From Vulcanimicrobiota bacterium (GTDB lineage Bacteria > Vulcanimicrobiota > Xenobia > Xenobiales > JADMJV01), in assembly GCA_050250895.1 (NCBI GenBank), contig JBFWNU010000005.1:9235-73234 (forward strand): a DNA stretch of 64,000 nucleotides. The letters are read 5' to 3'. Numbering within the stretch: the first letter of the stretch is position 1; every line of letters begins with the position of its first letter. A model generated the notes under the pieces. It ran no database searches. It was not told where the DNA came from and saw only the letters and a program-made list of their open reading frames with translations. The translations under genes and the position numbers were made by a program. Shown in pieces: positions 19,581-28,293 of the stretch.

Positions 19581-20518
19581 TCGTGGTGCGAGATGACCCG
19601 GTTGCGGCCCGCCTGCTTGGCCGCGTAGAGGGCCTGGTCGGCCCGGGCCAGTAGCTCTTCCTCGGCCAGACCGTCGACCAACCACGCCACTCCCAGGCTG
19701 ACCGTGACAGCGAGTTCTACCGGTCCGGTGGGGGAGGGGGCAGGAAAGGGGCTCTCGGCTACCAGCTGGCGAACCCGTTCGGCCAGACGGGCGGCCCCGA
19801 GGGGATCGGTCTCGGGCAGCAGCATCACGAATTCTTCGCCCCCATAGCGAGCCACCAGGTCCTCTTCGCGACTCAGGCCGATCATGCGCGCGGCCAGCTC
19901 GCGCAAAACGGCGTCTCCGGCCAGGTGGCCGTGGGTGTCGTTGATCGACTTAAAGTGGTCGGCGTCGATGAAGACCAGGCTCAGGGGGGTGCGGTGGCGG
20001 GTGGCTCGGGCCCACTCGACCCGCAAGCGCTCTTTGAAGTAGTTGCGATTGAACACGCCGGTCAACTCGTCGCGGGTGGCCGCCTCGAGCAATTGCTCTT
20101 CGTTGGCGTCGCGAAAATCGAACTTCAGGCGCACGGCCGCACCCAGCCGGATGCGCTCGCCGCCTTGCAGCAGCACCGAGTCGACCTTCTTTTCAGACAC
20201 GAAGGTGCCGTTGGTCGAGCCCAGGTCGGTGAGCACCACATTCCCATCGGGAGAGCGGGTGAACTTGGCGTGGTGGCGGCTGATACCCCGGTCGGGAAAG
20301 ACGATGTGAGCATCGTCGGCCCGCCCCACGATAGTCTCGACCAGATCCAGACGAAAGCTCTGCCCTTTGGCCGTACCAGCCAGCACCACCAGACTCGGGT
20401 GAACCGGATTACCCGGCAGAGGAGCCTCCCCCAACAGCTTCTCGGTGTCGTCGTAGCTCACAGGATTTGGTTCCCAGCCCGGTCGGGCGTACCCTGCTTT
20501 GGGATGGCGGTTTAGCAC
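19577..20518 (-). CDS. FHA domain - GGDEF diguanylate cyclase
   Basis: FHA core (LVVLAGTAKGQSFRL...GRADDAHIVF...SRHHA) followed by GGDEF (RYGGEEF). The 5' end overlaps the divergent gene as annotated, so the start is uncertain. Confidence 0.75.
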   Translation of the reverse strand: MLNRHPKAGYARPGWEPNPVSYDDTEKLLGEAPLPGNPVHPSLVVLAGTAKGQSFRLDLVETIVGRADDAHIVFPDRGISRHHAKFTRSPDGNVVLTDLGSTNGTFVSEKKVDSVLLQGGERIRLGAAVRLKFDFRDANEEQLLEAATRDELTGVFNRNYFKERLRVEWARATRHRTPLSLVFIDADHFKSINDTHGHLAGDAVLRELAARMIGLSREEDLVARYGGEEFVMLLPETDPLGAARLAERVRQLVAESPFPAPSPTGPVELAVTVSLGVAWLVDGLAEEELLARADQALYAAKQAGRNRVISHHE

Positions 20519-20552
20519 AGGGAAGCCAGGTCCCGACCCGAAGACTGTGATT

Positions 20553-22877
20553 ATGGATCGGCCGATTCGCGTGCTGGTGCTCGAAGACGACCTGGCCTTT
20601 CGCGATGTGCTAGAAGAGCTTCTGCAGGACCGGGGCTATGAGGTGGTGGCAGCCGGCCGCGGTGAAGAGGCGGTCCAGCTGGCTCGCAACGAGCCGTTCG
20701 ACCTCATTGTGGCCGACATTCGCATGGAGGGCATGAGCGGCCTGGATGCCATCGAACAGGCGCGCGAGCTGCATCCCGAGCTGGGTGCCATCGTCATTTC
20801 AGGCTATGCCAGTGAGGAAGAGACCTTGCGGGCCGTGCGTTTGAAGGTGGGCGGCTATCTCAAGAAGCCCTTCAAGATGCAGGATTTGCTCGATCGCATC
20901 AACGAGTTCGTCACCCGCCGGGCGCTCGAGTTGCGCCAGGCAAGCGAACTCGAGCGGGCCCGGCGAGCTCTGACATGGAGCCTCGAAGGATTGGGCCACC
21001 TGGGCGAGCAGTTGCATACCGGGCGGGTCTTGCGAGCCGCCGAGTTGGCCGAGGGAATGGGCCGCCAACTGGGTCTGGGGGGCGACCTGCCGCAGCAGTT
21101 GCGTTGGGCCGCCATCCTGCATCAGCTCGACCAGCTGATGGCTTTGAAGATGCCCGAGCGGGTGGTGGACGGCCTGCATATGCTGCCGGGCTTGCGGGCT
21201 TCCTTGCAGAAGAGAGAGGACGCAGCCGCCTTTGCGGCCCAGCTGTGCCGGCGTCTCGAGCCGCACGAAGGGTTGCCTGAGGCCGAGGCTCTCGAACTCG
21301 AACCACCGCTCAAAGAGGCATATCACCGGTTGGTGACCGAGGGGGAAGCGGGTCCGGTCGAGCATCAGGCCCGGGCCGGTTTGGTGCGATTGGGCAGGGC
21401 CTTAGAGCAGGCAGGCGATTTTGCCGGCGCGAGCCTGGCCTATCAGGAAGCGGCCGACGGGGCCGGAGGCGAAGCGATTCAGGCCTTGCTGGGTCTGGCT
21501 CGGTTGGCGGTGGCCCAGGGTCAACGTGAAGGACTCGAGGAATCGATCAAAGGGGTGCTGGCCAGAGCCGAGCAACTGGGTCCGGTGGCCCAGGCTACGG
21601 CTGAACTCGAAGCCACCGACATTCTCACCCGGGCCGGCCACCCGGTGGCCAACAAACTGCTGGCTCGAGCCATCGAGAGCCTGGGAGCGGTCAAGCTGCA
21701 CGTGCCTCGCGCCAGCGCCGTCCTGCGATTGGCCAACCGGGCCGAGTTGGCGGCGGAGGCAGTCGAGCAGGCTCTGGCCGTGCTGGCCGACCCCAACTTC
21801 TTGCTCGAGGTGTTCGAGCAGCTTCCGGTCCTGCTGCCCGAGTTGCTGGAATACGCCGCCCGCACCGGTCACCCGACGGCCGGCAAGTTGGCCGCCCGCT
21901 TCGTACGCGACTATCCGCAAGAGGTGACCCGAGCCTTGCGGGTGGGGCGACTGACGGTGGTCGCGCGCGGCCTGGTGTTGACCAGCCTCGAGGGCCATCA
22001 AGACGCTCCCGGCGACCTGGTCGAGGGGCTGGGCCAGGACCCCGATCCTGAACTGCGGGCGCGGGCCCTTCGGCTGGCTAGTGGCTCGGCCGCACCGCCC
22101 ATCGTGCGCGTCTATTCGCTTGGGCCCATCGAGCTTTTTCTGGGGGAGCATCGGGTCGACGAGAAAGCGTGGAAGAGCCAGAAGATCAAGTATCTATTCT
22201 GGTTTCTGGCGGCTCAGAACCAGCCGGTAGTGGTCGACGCCATCATGGAAGAATTCTGGCCCGGGCCGGTCGAGAACGCTCGCCACAACCTCAACACCTC
22301 GGTCTCCTCGGTCCGTCGCTGCCTCAAGGGCGACTCGGACGGCAACCTCGATCCGGTCTTGCGCGAGAAGGACACCCTGGCGCTAAACCCCGAGCTACCC
22401 CTCTGGCACGATCTCGACGAGCTAGAGAAAGCCCACCAGCAAGCTCTTGCCTGTCTTCAGGCCGGCAAGTCCGAGCAGGCGATGGCCCACTTTTCGCGCG
22501 TGGCTCGCCTCTACAGGGGCCCTTATCTCGAAGGCTGCTACATGGATTGGGCGGTGGCCCGTCGTACCAGTGTAGAACATCTGGCTGCCGACGCCCTCGA
22601 GCGGCTGATCGCCAGCCGGCTCGAAGTGGGGCGCCATCGCGAAGCCCTGGAATACTCCATTCGTCTGCTCGAGGTGCGCCCCGACAATCAGGAGGCTCAC
22701 CACTTCAAGATGTTGGCTCACCTGGGTCTGGGTGAGCCTGAGCAAGCCATCAAGCAGTTCGAGGCTTGCCAGAAAATGCTGGCCAACCTCTACGACATGG
22801 AGCCCACCACCGAGCTTTTGCGAACCTACCATCGAGCGCGCTACGGCTTGAGCGACTCGCCCAGCTGGGTCGGCTGA
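20553..22877 (+). CDS. Response regulator: REC + large helical/TPR-like middle + C-terminal SARP-type winged helix and BTAD
   Basis: N-terminal IRVLVLEDD...DLIVADIRM receiver; C-terminal VRVYSLGPIELFL...KYLFWFLAA (OmpR/SARP wHTH) and TPR-like BTAD region. Start moved to the internal ATG to avoid overlap with the divergent gene. Confidence 0.7.
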   Translation: MDRPIRVLVLEDDLAFRDVLEELLQDRGYEVVAAGRGEEAVQLARNEPFDLIVADIRMEGMSGLDAIEQARELHPELGAIVISGYASEEETLRAVRLKVGGYLKKPFKMQDLLDRINEFVTRRALELRQASELERARRALTWSLEGLGHLGEQLHTGRVLRAAELAEGMGRQLGLGGDLPQQLRWAAILHQLDQLMALKMPERVVDGLHMLPGLRASLQKREDAAAFAAQLCRRLEPHEGLPEAEALELEPPLKEAYHRLVTEGEAGPVEHQARAGLVRLGRALEQAGDFAGASLAYQEAADGAGGEAIQALLGLARLAVAQGQREGLEESIKGVLARAEQLGPVAQATAELEATDILTRAGHPVANKLLARAIESLGAVKLHVPRASAVLRLANRAELAAEAVEQALAVLADPNFLLEVFEQLPVLLPELLEYAARTGHPTAGKLAARFVRDYPQEVTRALRVGRLTVVARGLVLTSLEGHQDAPGDLVEGLGQDPDPELRARALRLASGSAAPPIVRVYSLGPIELFLGEHRVDEKAWKSQKIKYLFWFLAAQNQPVVVDAIMEEFWPGPVENARHNLNTSVSSVRRCLKGDSDGNLDPVLREKDTLALNPELPLWHDLDELEKAHQQALACLQAGKSEQAMAHFSRVARLYRGPYLEGCYMDWAVARRTSVEHLAADALERLIASRLEVGRHREALEYSIRLLEVRPDNQEAHHFKMLAHLGLGEPEQAIKQFEACQKMLANLYDMEPTTELLRTYHRARYGLSDSPSWVG

Positions 22878-25273
22878 TGCAGGCGCGGCTGGTGGGGGTC
22901 GTCACCGGGCTTGCCCTGCTGGTTTTGGGTGGTCTGTCACCCCTTCCCACCGATTGGCTGGCCGTGGCTTTGCTGGGCTTGTCGGCAGTCTTTCTCGAGC
23001 GCCAGGCGGTAGGTCTGGGGGGTCAGGTCCGCTTCTCGCCAGCGACAGCCGTGTATCTGGGCGCGGCCCTTTTGTCCGGGGTCGGTTGCATGGCCGCGGC
23101 CGCACTGCTCTTGCTCGAGACCGCCAGCCGCGAACCGCGTCGGGTTCTCGAGGCGCTGGCCGCTCGTTTCGGCCTGATGACCGGCATTCTGGGCGCCTTT
23201 CTGGGACCGCTGAGCGGGCAACCCTGGCTTGCCTACCTGCTGGGCCCGGCCCTCTATCTGGGAGGCACCGTCTGGCACGAGCGCCAGGTGCGAGGCGAGT
23301 TGACCGCTCGCGAGCGGCTGAGCTGGTTTCGGGCCCGTCATCAGGTGCGCCCGCTGGAGCTGGGTCTGGCGGCAGCCGCCCCGGCTCTGGCTGCGCTCTA
23401 CGCCCAGTCTCCTCTGTTGGGGTTGGTGCTGGTGCCCGTGCTGGCCACCATGCAGTTGGCCGCCGAGAACCTGGTCATCAAAAGCCGGGCCGAGACTACC
23501 GAGCAGGTCATCGAGGCCCTGGCCGACGCCCGGGTCAGTCAGCAAGAAACGGCCCGAGAACTGGCCGAAACTCGCACCCAGAAACAGTTGCTGGAGGGGT
23601 TCTCCCAACAGCTGGCTCAGAATCCGGGGCTCGAGCAGGCCAGTCGTTCGTTGGTGGCCACCGTCTTCGAGTTGATGCCGGTCACCGACGTGGCCGTCTT
23701 TCTCAATCTTCCGGGTCAGCCAGCCGACCGCCCCGAGCCGTTTTACTACCAGGTGGGAGCCGAACATCAGGCTCGCCTGCAAGGCGCCCTGCTTACCGGT
23801 TTGCGCGAGCCTCTGGTGGACGAGGCTTGCCAATCCCGCGCCTGGGTGGTGGCCGAGACGCGCCACCGCACCACTCCTCGCCTGCTGGAAGGAAATCAGG
23901 CGGCAGTAGCCTTTGCCCTGGGCGACCTGGGGGCCCTCTATGTCGGGCGCACCGAGGTCCAGCCTTTTTCCCAGGATGAGTTGCGCCGTCTCGATTGGCT
24001 TTCGACGAAAGCTCGGCTGGCCTTGGAGGTGGCTTTTCGCGATTATGAGGTGAGCCGCCAGCAAGAGCTTCAGCGTCAGGCCGTCGCGGAACTCGAGCGC
24101 CGGGTGGTGCTGTTAGGCTCCCTCACCCACGGGGCCGAAGAGATGGCGGCCACCCTCGACCTCGAGGAGTTGGGTGAGCGGCTGGCCCAGCTTCTCGCCA
24201 GGGCCATCACCCACGATCACGGGCTGCTCGTCTTCGAGTGGGAACCAGGCCAGGTGGTCCGGCGCAGCTGGGGAGGTCTCGAACTCGAGCAACACGAGTT
24301 GCTGGAGAGCGCGCGCGAGTCGGGCCGGCCGCTGCTGCTTGACGATCTCGCCAAGACGCGCTTCGAGGTGCCCTCGACTCGCAGTTTGCTGGTGAGCCCA
24401 CTGGTGGCTCACAGCCGAACCTGCGGGGCCATTTTGTTGGGCAGCCGACAGCCCAATGCCTTTGACCGAGAACAGGTGGACATGCTGTTCTTGCTCGGCT
24501 GCCAGGCCGGCATGGCCTTCTCCAACGCCCGTCTCTATCACGAGGTGGTGTTGGCCCGCCGCCAGTTGGAAGAGTCTCAAGCCCAGCTCATTCAGTCCAG
24601 CAAGATGACGGCGGTGGGACAACTGGCCGCCGGCGTAGCCCACGAACTCAACACTCCCCTCGGGGCGATTGCCCTGGCTCTCGAAGCGGCCGCTTCGAGG
24701 GTGCAAGAACGTCCCGACTCGGCTCTGCGGATGATCGGCAAGGCTCAAGAGGGAGTCGAACGCTCGCGCACCATCATCGAGCGGCTACTGGTCTACTCGC
24801 GCAAACCCAGCCATGAACTGTTCCCCGTCGAGGTGGACAAGATGGTCAAAGATACCCTCGAGTTTGTCGGCTCTCAGGTCAAGACCATGGGCGCCGAAGT
24901 CGACTTTCAGCCGGGTTGCCCACACCAGGTGCGGGGTCGTTGGCAAGAGCTCCAGCAGGTGCTGGTCAACCTGCTCCTCAACGGGATCCAGGCGATGGAA
25001 GACAAGCCGCCGGGCGAGAAAAAAATAAAGGTCAGAACCTACGATGACGACCACCACATCGTCATCGAGGTATCTGACCAGGGTGTCGGGATGACTCCCG
25101 AACAGCTGGCTCGAGCCTTCGAGCCATTCTACACAACCAAGCCGGTTGGAAAGGGCACCGGTCTGGGGCTGTGGGTTGCCCACCAGATCGTGGGCGAGCA
25201 CGGTGGCACGCTCGAGGCGCAATCCCGACCCCACCACGGATCGGTCTTCACCGTTCGCTTGCCACAAGCCTGA
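22877..25273 (+). CDS. Membrane sensor histidine kinase with GAF domains
   Basis: Multi-TM N-terminus, two GAF-like regions, HisKA (AAGVAHELNTPL), HATPase_c (GTGLGLWV). TGATG overlap with the upstream regulator. Start at internal Met 38. Confidence 0.75.
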   Translation: MQARLVGVVTGLALLVLGGLSPLPTDWLAVALLGLSAVFLERQAVGLGGQVRFSPATAVYLGAALLSGVGCMAAAALLLLETASREPRRVLEALAARFGLMTGILGAFLGPLSGQPWLAYLLGPALYLGGTVWHERQVRGELTARERLSWFRARHQVRPLELGLAAAAPALAALYAQSPLLGLVLVPVLATMQLAAENLVIKSRAETTEQVIEALADARVSQQETARELAETRTQKQLLEGFSQQLAQNPGLEQASRSLVATVFELMPVTDVAVFLNLPGQPADRPEPFYYQVGAEHQARLQGALLTGLREPLVDEACQSRAWVVAETRHRTTPRLLEGNQAAVAFALGDLGALYVGRTEVQPFSQDELRRLDWLSTKARLALEVAFRDYEVSRQQELQRQAVAELERRVVLLGSLTHGAEEMAATLDLEELGERLAQLLARAITHDHGLLVFEWEPGQVVRRSWGGLELEQHELLESARESGRPLLLDDLAKTRFEVPSTRSLLVSPLVAHSRTCGAILLGSRQPNAFDREQVDMLFLLGCQAGMAFSNARLYHEVVLARRQLEESQAQLIQSSKMTAVGQLAAGVAHELNTPLGAIALALEAAASRVQERPDSALRMIGKAQEGVERSRTIIERLLVYSRKPSHELFPVEVDKMVKDTLEFVGSQVKTMGAEVDFQPGCPHQVRGRWQELQQVLVNLLLNGIQAMEDKPPGEKKIKVRTYDDDHHIVIEVSDQGVGMTPEQLARAFEPFYTTKPVGKGTGLGLWVAHQIVGEHGGTLEAQSRPHHGSVFTVRLPQA

Positions 25274-25280
25274 GATAGGA

Positions 25281-25793
25281 TTATTTCTTCTTGCCACCTC
25301 CCACCCCGAGGGCCTTGAAATCTTTCATCGACACGCCCGCTCCCGGGCCGGCGGCGTCCCGCAGGCGGCGGTAATAGGCAGGGTTGTCCAGCAGGAACTG
25401 ACTGGCCTTCTTGAGGCGACCGGGCACGTCCGGGTTGTCCTCGACGATGGCTTTCAGATCGCGTCGGTGAAACTTCTTGTCGCGTTTGCTCTGGCCGTCG
25501 GCGGTGTCGAGCACGCCGCGGTGGTGACTGAGCACCTTGACGGCCTCTTTGAAGTTCATCTTCTTGGGGGTGGGCGCAGCCGGGGTCGGCTGGGGCGGAT
25601 TGAGGAAGTCGTGCCAGGTCTGATTGAGTTGGCCCAGGCTCTCGAGCAGTTCCATCTGAAACTGCTGGCCGTACGGGTTCGGGTTGCTCGGTGCAGGCGG
25701 CTGATAGGTAGGAGCCTGCTGGTAGACGTTGACCTGATATTGTTGGACGGCCTGGTAGTTGAAAAAGCCGTAGTTGCTTCCGTAGGTATTCAT
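25281..25793 (-). CDS. Hypothetical protein with Q/N/Y-rich prion-like N-terminus and basic C-terminal domain
   Basis: 170-aa ORF beginning MNTYGSNYGFFNYQAVQQYQVNVYQQAPTYQPP. Confidence 0.5.
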   Translation of the reverse strand: MNTYGSNYGFFNYQAVQQYQVNVYQQAPTYQPPAPSNPNPYGQQFQMELLESLGQLNQTWHDFLNPPQPTPAAPTPKKMNFKEAVKVLSHHRGVLDTADGQSKRDKKFHRRDLKAIVEDNPDVPGRLKKASQFLLDNPAYYRRLRDAAGPGAGVSMKDFKALGVGGGKKK

Positions 25794-25828
25794 TGTGGGT
25801 CCTCCGCGTTGTGTGTGTCGGGTTGAAT

Positions 25829-26275
25829 CTAGCCCAAGAGTCCGGCCCAGGCGGGGCCGCTGTTGCCGACCATCGAGCGAGCCTGATTGAAGCCCGCGCC
25901 GCTGAGCCCGTTGCCTTGCAGCAGATCGTTGAGGCCTGGCAACATTCCGCCCAGTATCTGCATCTGCACGTCGTTCTGGCCGTTCATTCCAGTGGCCATG
26001 CCGACGGCGAGGTCATAGTCTCTTTGGCGAGCATCACGAAGCTCGGTCATCATCTGGATCTGCTCTTCCTGAGCCTTCCTGGCCGCTTCGATCGCTTCGG
26101 GGTCGGCGTTGACGCCACCCCAGGCCTCGGCCAGGGTGGTCAACAAGTTCACCAGTTGGCCAACCGACTCGACCAGAGCACCGATGTCGTTGCCCGAGCC
26201 CGGGGCCGCGTTGGTAGCGGCTCTGGGGGCGGCAGCGGCGGTGCGAGTGGTGGGTTGGTTGGCCTGGACTTTCAT
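25829..26275 (-). CDS. Hypothetical protein (Ala/Gly/Gln-rich helical)
   Basis: GGAGAG RBS 6-7 nt upstream; operon partner of 25281..25793. Confidence 0.5.
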   Translation of the reverse strand: MKVQANQPTTRTAAAAPRAATNAAPGSGNDIGALVESVGQLVNLLTTLAEAWGGVNADPEAIEAARKAQEEQIQMMTELRDARQRDYDLAVGMATGMNGQNDVQMQILGGMLPGLNDLLQGNGLSGAGFNQARSMVGNSGPAWAGLLG

Positions 26276-26421
26276 CGTTCGCTCTCCTCGTGAGTTCTTG
26301 ATACAAGCTTACGAAGAGCGAATAAACCCCCACTAAACCACCTCAGAATCAGGTTAACAGGATGTAAATTTATCCTCTTGATGGGTTCGAACCGTGGGCT
26401 GTGACCCTTTCCTGACGGAAG

Positions 26422-27264
26422 ATGGAGGAACTGGAGTTGGATAGAAGAACGTCTTACAGGGTCATGCCCTTTCCGAGTTCGGAACGTGTCATATATGAAC
26501 GCAACCCTCTGAAAGAGGTCATTTGCGATCTCCAGTTTCCGGCGATTCTTGAGATTTCGAGTTCGAACCCAGTGGCGTTTCAGAAGGTGGTTCGGAAAGC
26601 TTATCCGCTCTTTTCTAAAGGCACCTCGGTCCATCAGGTCAACGCTCCGCCGGAGATTCCGCCCCATGTCATTCAACTCTTTCTCAGCCAGGTGGGAGAA
26701 GCTGGGCCGCCTACCTTCACGTTTAAGACAGCGGATGAAAACAGAGCTATTGTGATGTCCCAGAGCAACCTGGTTCTTCATGAGAAGGACTACAAGGAAT
26801 GGACTGAGTTCAAAGCAAATTTTTCCGACGTCGAAAAGACCTTCCGAAAGGTATACGAGCCGCCCTTCTATACTAGAATTGGCCTCCGCTACGTCAACGT
26901 CATCGACCGTGACGCTCTCGACCTAGGAGATTCCTCATGGAGCGAGATTCTAAAAACCAGGCTCTTGGGTCTTCTCGGAGGTATAAATGGAGTAGAGGTT
27001 ACCGAGACCAAAACGGAGGCACTGCTCAACTTGAATGTGACCAGCGTGAAGGGTGCTCAAGCTTATGTTCGCCACGGGCTTGTCCGGGAGCAAAGTAGCG
27101 GTCGCCCCCTCTATGTCTTGGATATAGATCTATTTACCGACGAAAGGAGTAAGCCGACAGATGTCCCCAAACGACTTGATGTTTTTTCCAGAGAAGCAGG
27201 CAACTTCTTCCGGCATGTTACGAGAGGCAAGCTTCACGAGGCTCTTGGACCGCGCTCCGGTTGA
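26422..27264 (+). CDS. Uncharacterised protein in low-GC island; N-terminal motif YERNPLKEVICDLQFP resembles the sporadically distributed TIGR04255 family (recollection, unverified)
   Basis: 280-aa ORF in a ~50% GC segment (flanks ~65%). Preceded by a 146-nt AT-richer intergenic region. Confidence 0.55.
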   Translation: MEELELDRRTSYRVMPFPSSERVIYERNPLKEVICDLQFPAILEISSSNPVAFQKVVRKAYPLFSKGTSVHQVNAPPEIPPHVIQLFLSQVGEAGPPTFTFKTADENRAIVMSQSNLVLHEKDYKEWTEFKANFSDVEKTFRKVYEPPFYTRIGLRYVNVIDRDALDLGDSSWSEILKTRLLGLLGGINGVEVTETKTEALLNLNVTSVKGAQAYVRHGLVREQSSGRPLYVLDIDLFTDERSKPTDVPKRLDVFSREAGNFFRHVTRGKLHEALGPRSG

Positions 27265-27616
27265 GAGGAGCGGACATGTCTTGCGGCGAGTCGACCTCTT
27301 GGCGAATCTGTTGATTCGACTCGCGAATGTGCCGCTGGAGCAGTTGATCAACGTTTGCTCCATCGTTGGGGAGCATACAGGCGAACCTCATTCCCCCAGT
27401 ATTTTGAGAGTAGTTCCGAGCGAGACCCTTCTGCCACGAACTCTCTCGGGCCAACCCTCGCGAGGTGCGTCTCGCCCTGAGCCACCTCTCGATGACTTTA
27501 CCCTGCCTGAGATTCACTCGAGGCCTGAGCAACTCGAGGCCGTACTGAATTTCATCGCCACTCAACCTTCGACGACCGTTTCATCTTTGTCCGACCTCTT
27601 CGAGGAAGAGGACTAG
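27161..27616 (+). CDS. Hypothetical acidic protein (C-terminus DLFEEED)
   Basis: AAAGGAG RBS 10 nt upstream of the ATG. Overlaps the upstream gene by ~100 nt in another frame. Same low-GC island. Confidence 0.4.
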   Translation: MSPNDLMFFPEKQATSSGMLREASFTRLLDRAPVERSGHVLRRVDLLANLLIRLANVPLEQLINVCSIVGEHTGEPHSPSILRVVPSETLLPRTLSGQPSRGASRPEPPLDDFTLPEIHSRPEQLEAVLNFIATQPSTTVSSLSDLFEEED

Positions 27617-27621
27617 TTGGG

Positions 27622-28290
27622 ATGTATAGCCGAGTCCTCGACGCTCAGCTAAGACAAGGCGACATTCTCGGCAATGTATACTATCCGAAGCTAGACTATT
27701 CGAAGGCCAAATTCCTAGGCTCACTTAATACCTTCCAGTCTCCCCTGGCGTTCGAACCCCAGAAGAACGGCAGCTCGCTCGTGGCTCAGCTTACTTTTTC
27801 TGAGGCTTTCTGTGTAGTCCTTAGTCAATGTTGCGACCTCGCGATCCGTGACGGGGAGCCGTGCAAGACAGATTTTATCGTATGCTGTGTTCTTCGAGAA
27901 TACAGCAGAGGGCACCAAGAGAAGGACCCTGCTCGCTTTAAGCAGGTGAGGCTGAATCCATTATCGGACTTCGGCTCTAGCTACTTTTTTGCGCGAAAGA
28001 AGCCGCTACTATCCCATTTCGTCGCTGAGCTGTCAAATACGTTCTCTGTGCCTAAGAAGTCGTATCCTGATTTGGCCGCGAGAAAGATCTTGCAGTTGAC
28101 GGACGCTGAGCGAGTGCATTTTAAGAAGAAGGTCGCTAGCTTCTTCGGAAGGGCGACCGATGAGGAGACGACTGCGAAGCTTTGGACCGAAGCTTCGGGC
28201 GCCAAGTGTGCAGCGGAAACGAAATCGGGTGTGCGCTGTTCACGCACGCCGATGCCAGGATTGCGCTTCTGCAGGCAACATCAGCCGTAA
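27622..28290 (+). CDS. Hypothetical Cys-rich protein (CC...CC cluster and C-terminal C/H zinc-ribbon-like tail)
   Basis: 222-aa ORF in the low-GC island; convergent with pilC. Confidence 0.5.
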   Translation: MYSRVLDAQLRQGDILGNVYYPKLDYSKAKFLGSLNTFQSPLAFEPQKNGSSLVAQLTFSEAFCVVLSQCCDLAIRDGEPCKTDFIVCCVLREYSRGHQEKDPARFKQVRLNPLSDFGSSYFFARKKPLLSHFVAELSNTFSVPKKSYPDLAARKILQLTDAERVHFKKKVASFFGRATDEETTAKLWTEASGAKCAAETKSGVRCSRTPMPGLRFCRQHQP

Positions 28291-28293
28291 TGT

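Noticed and set aside
22937-24064. 375-aa minus-strand ORF
   Set aside because: Antisense to the GAF histidine kinase.
26272-26781. 169-aa minus-strand ORF spanning the low-GC island boundary
   Set aside because: Runs antisense across the intergenic region and into the TIGR04255-like gene; basic Arg/Lys-rich junk translation.
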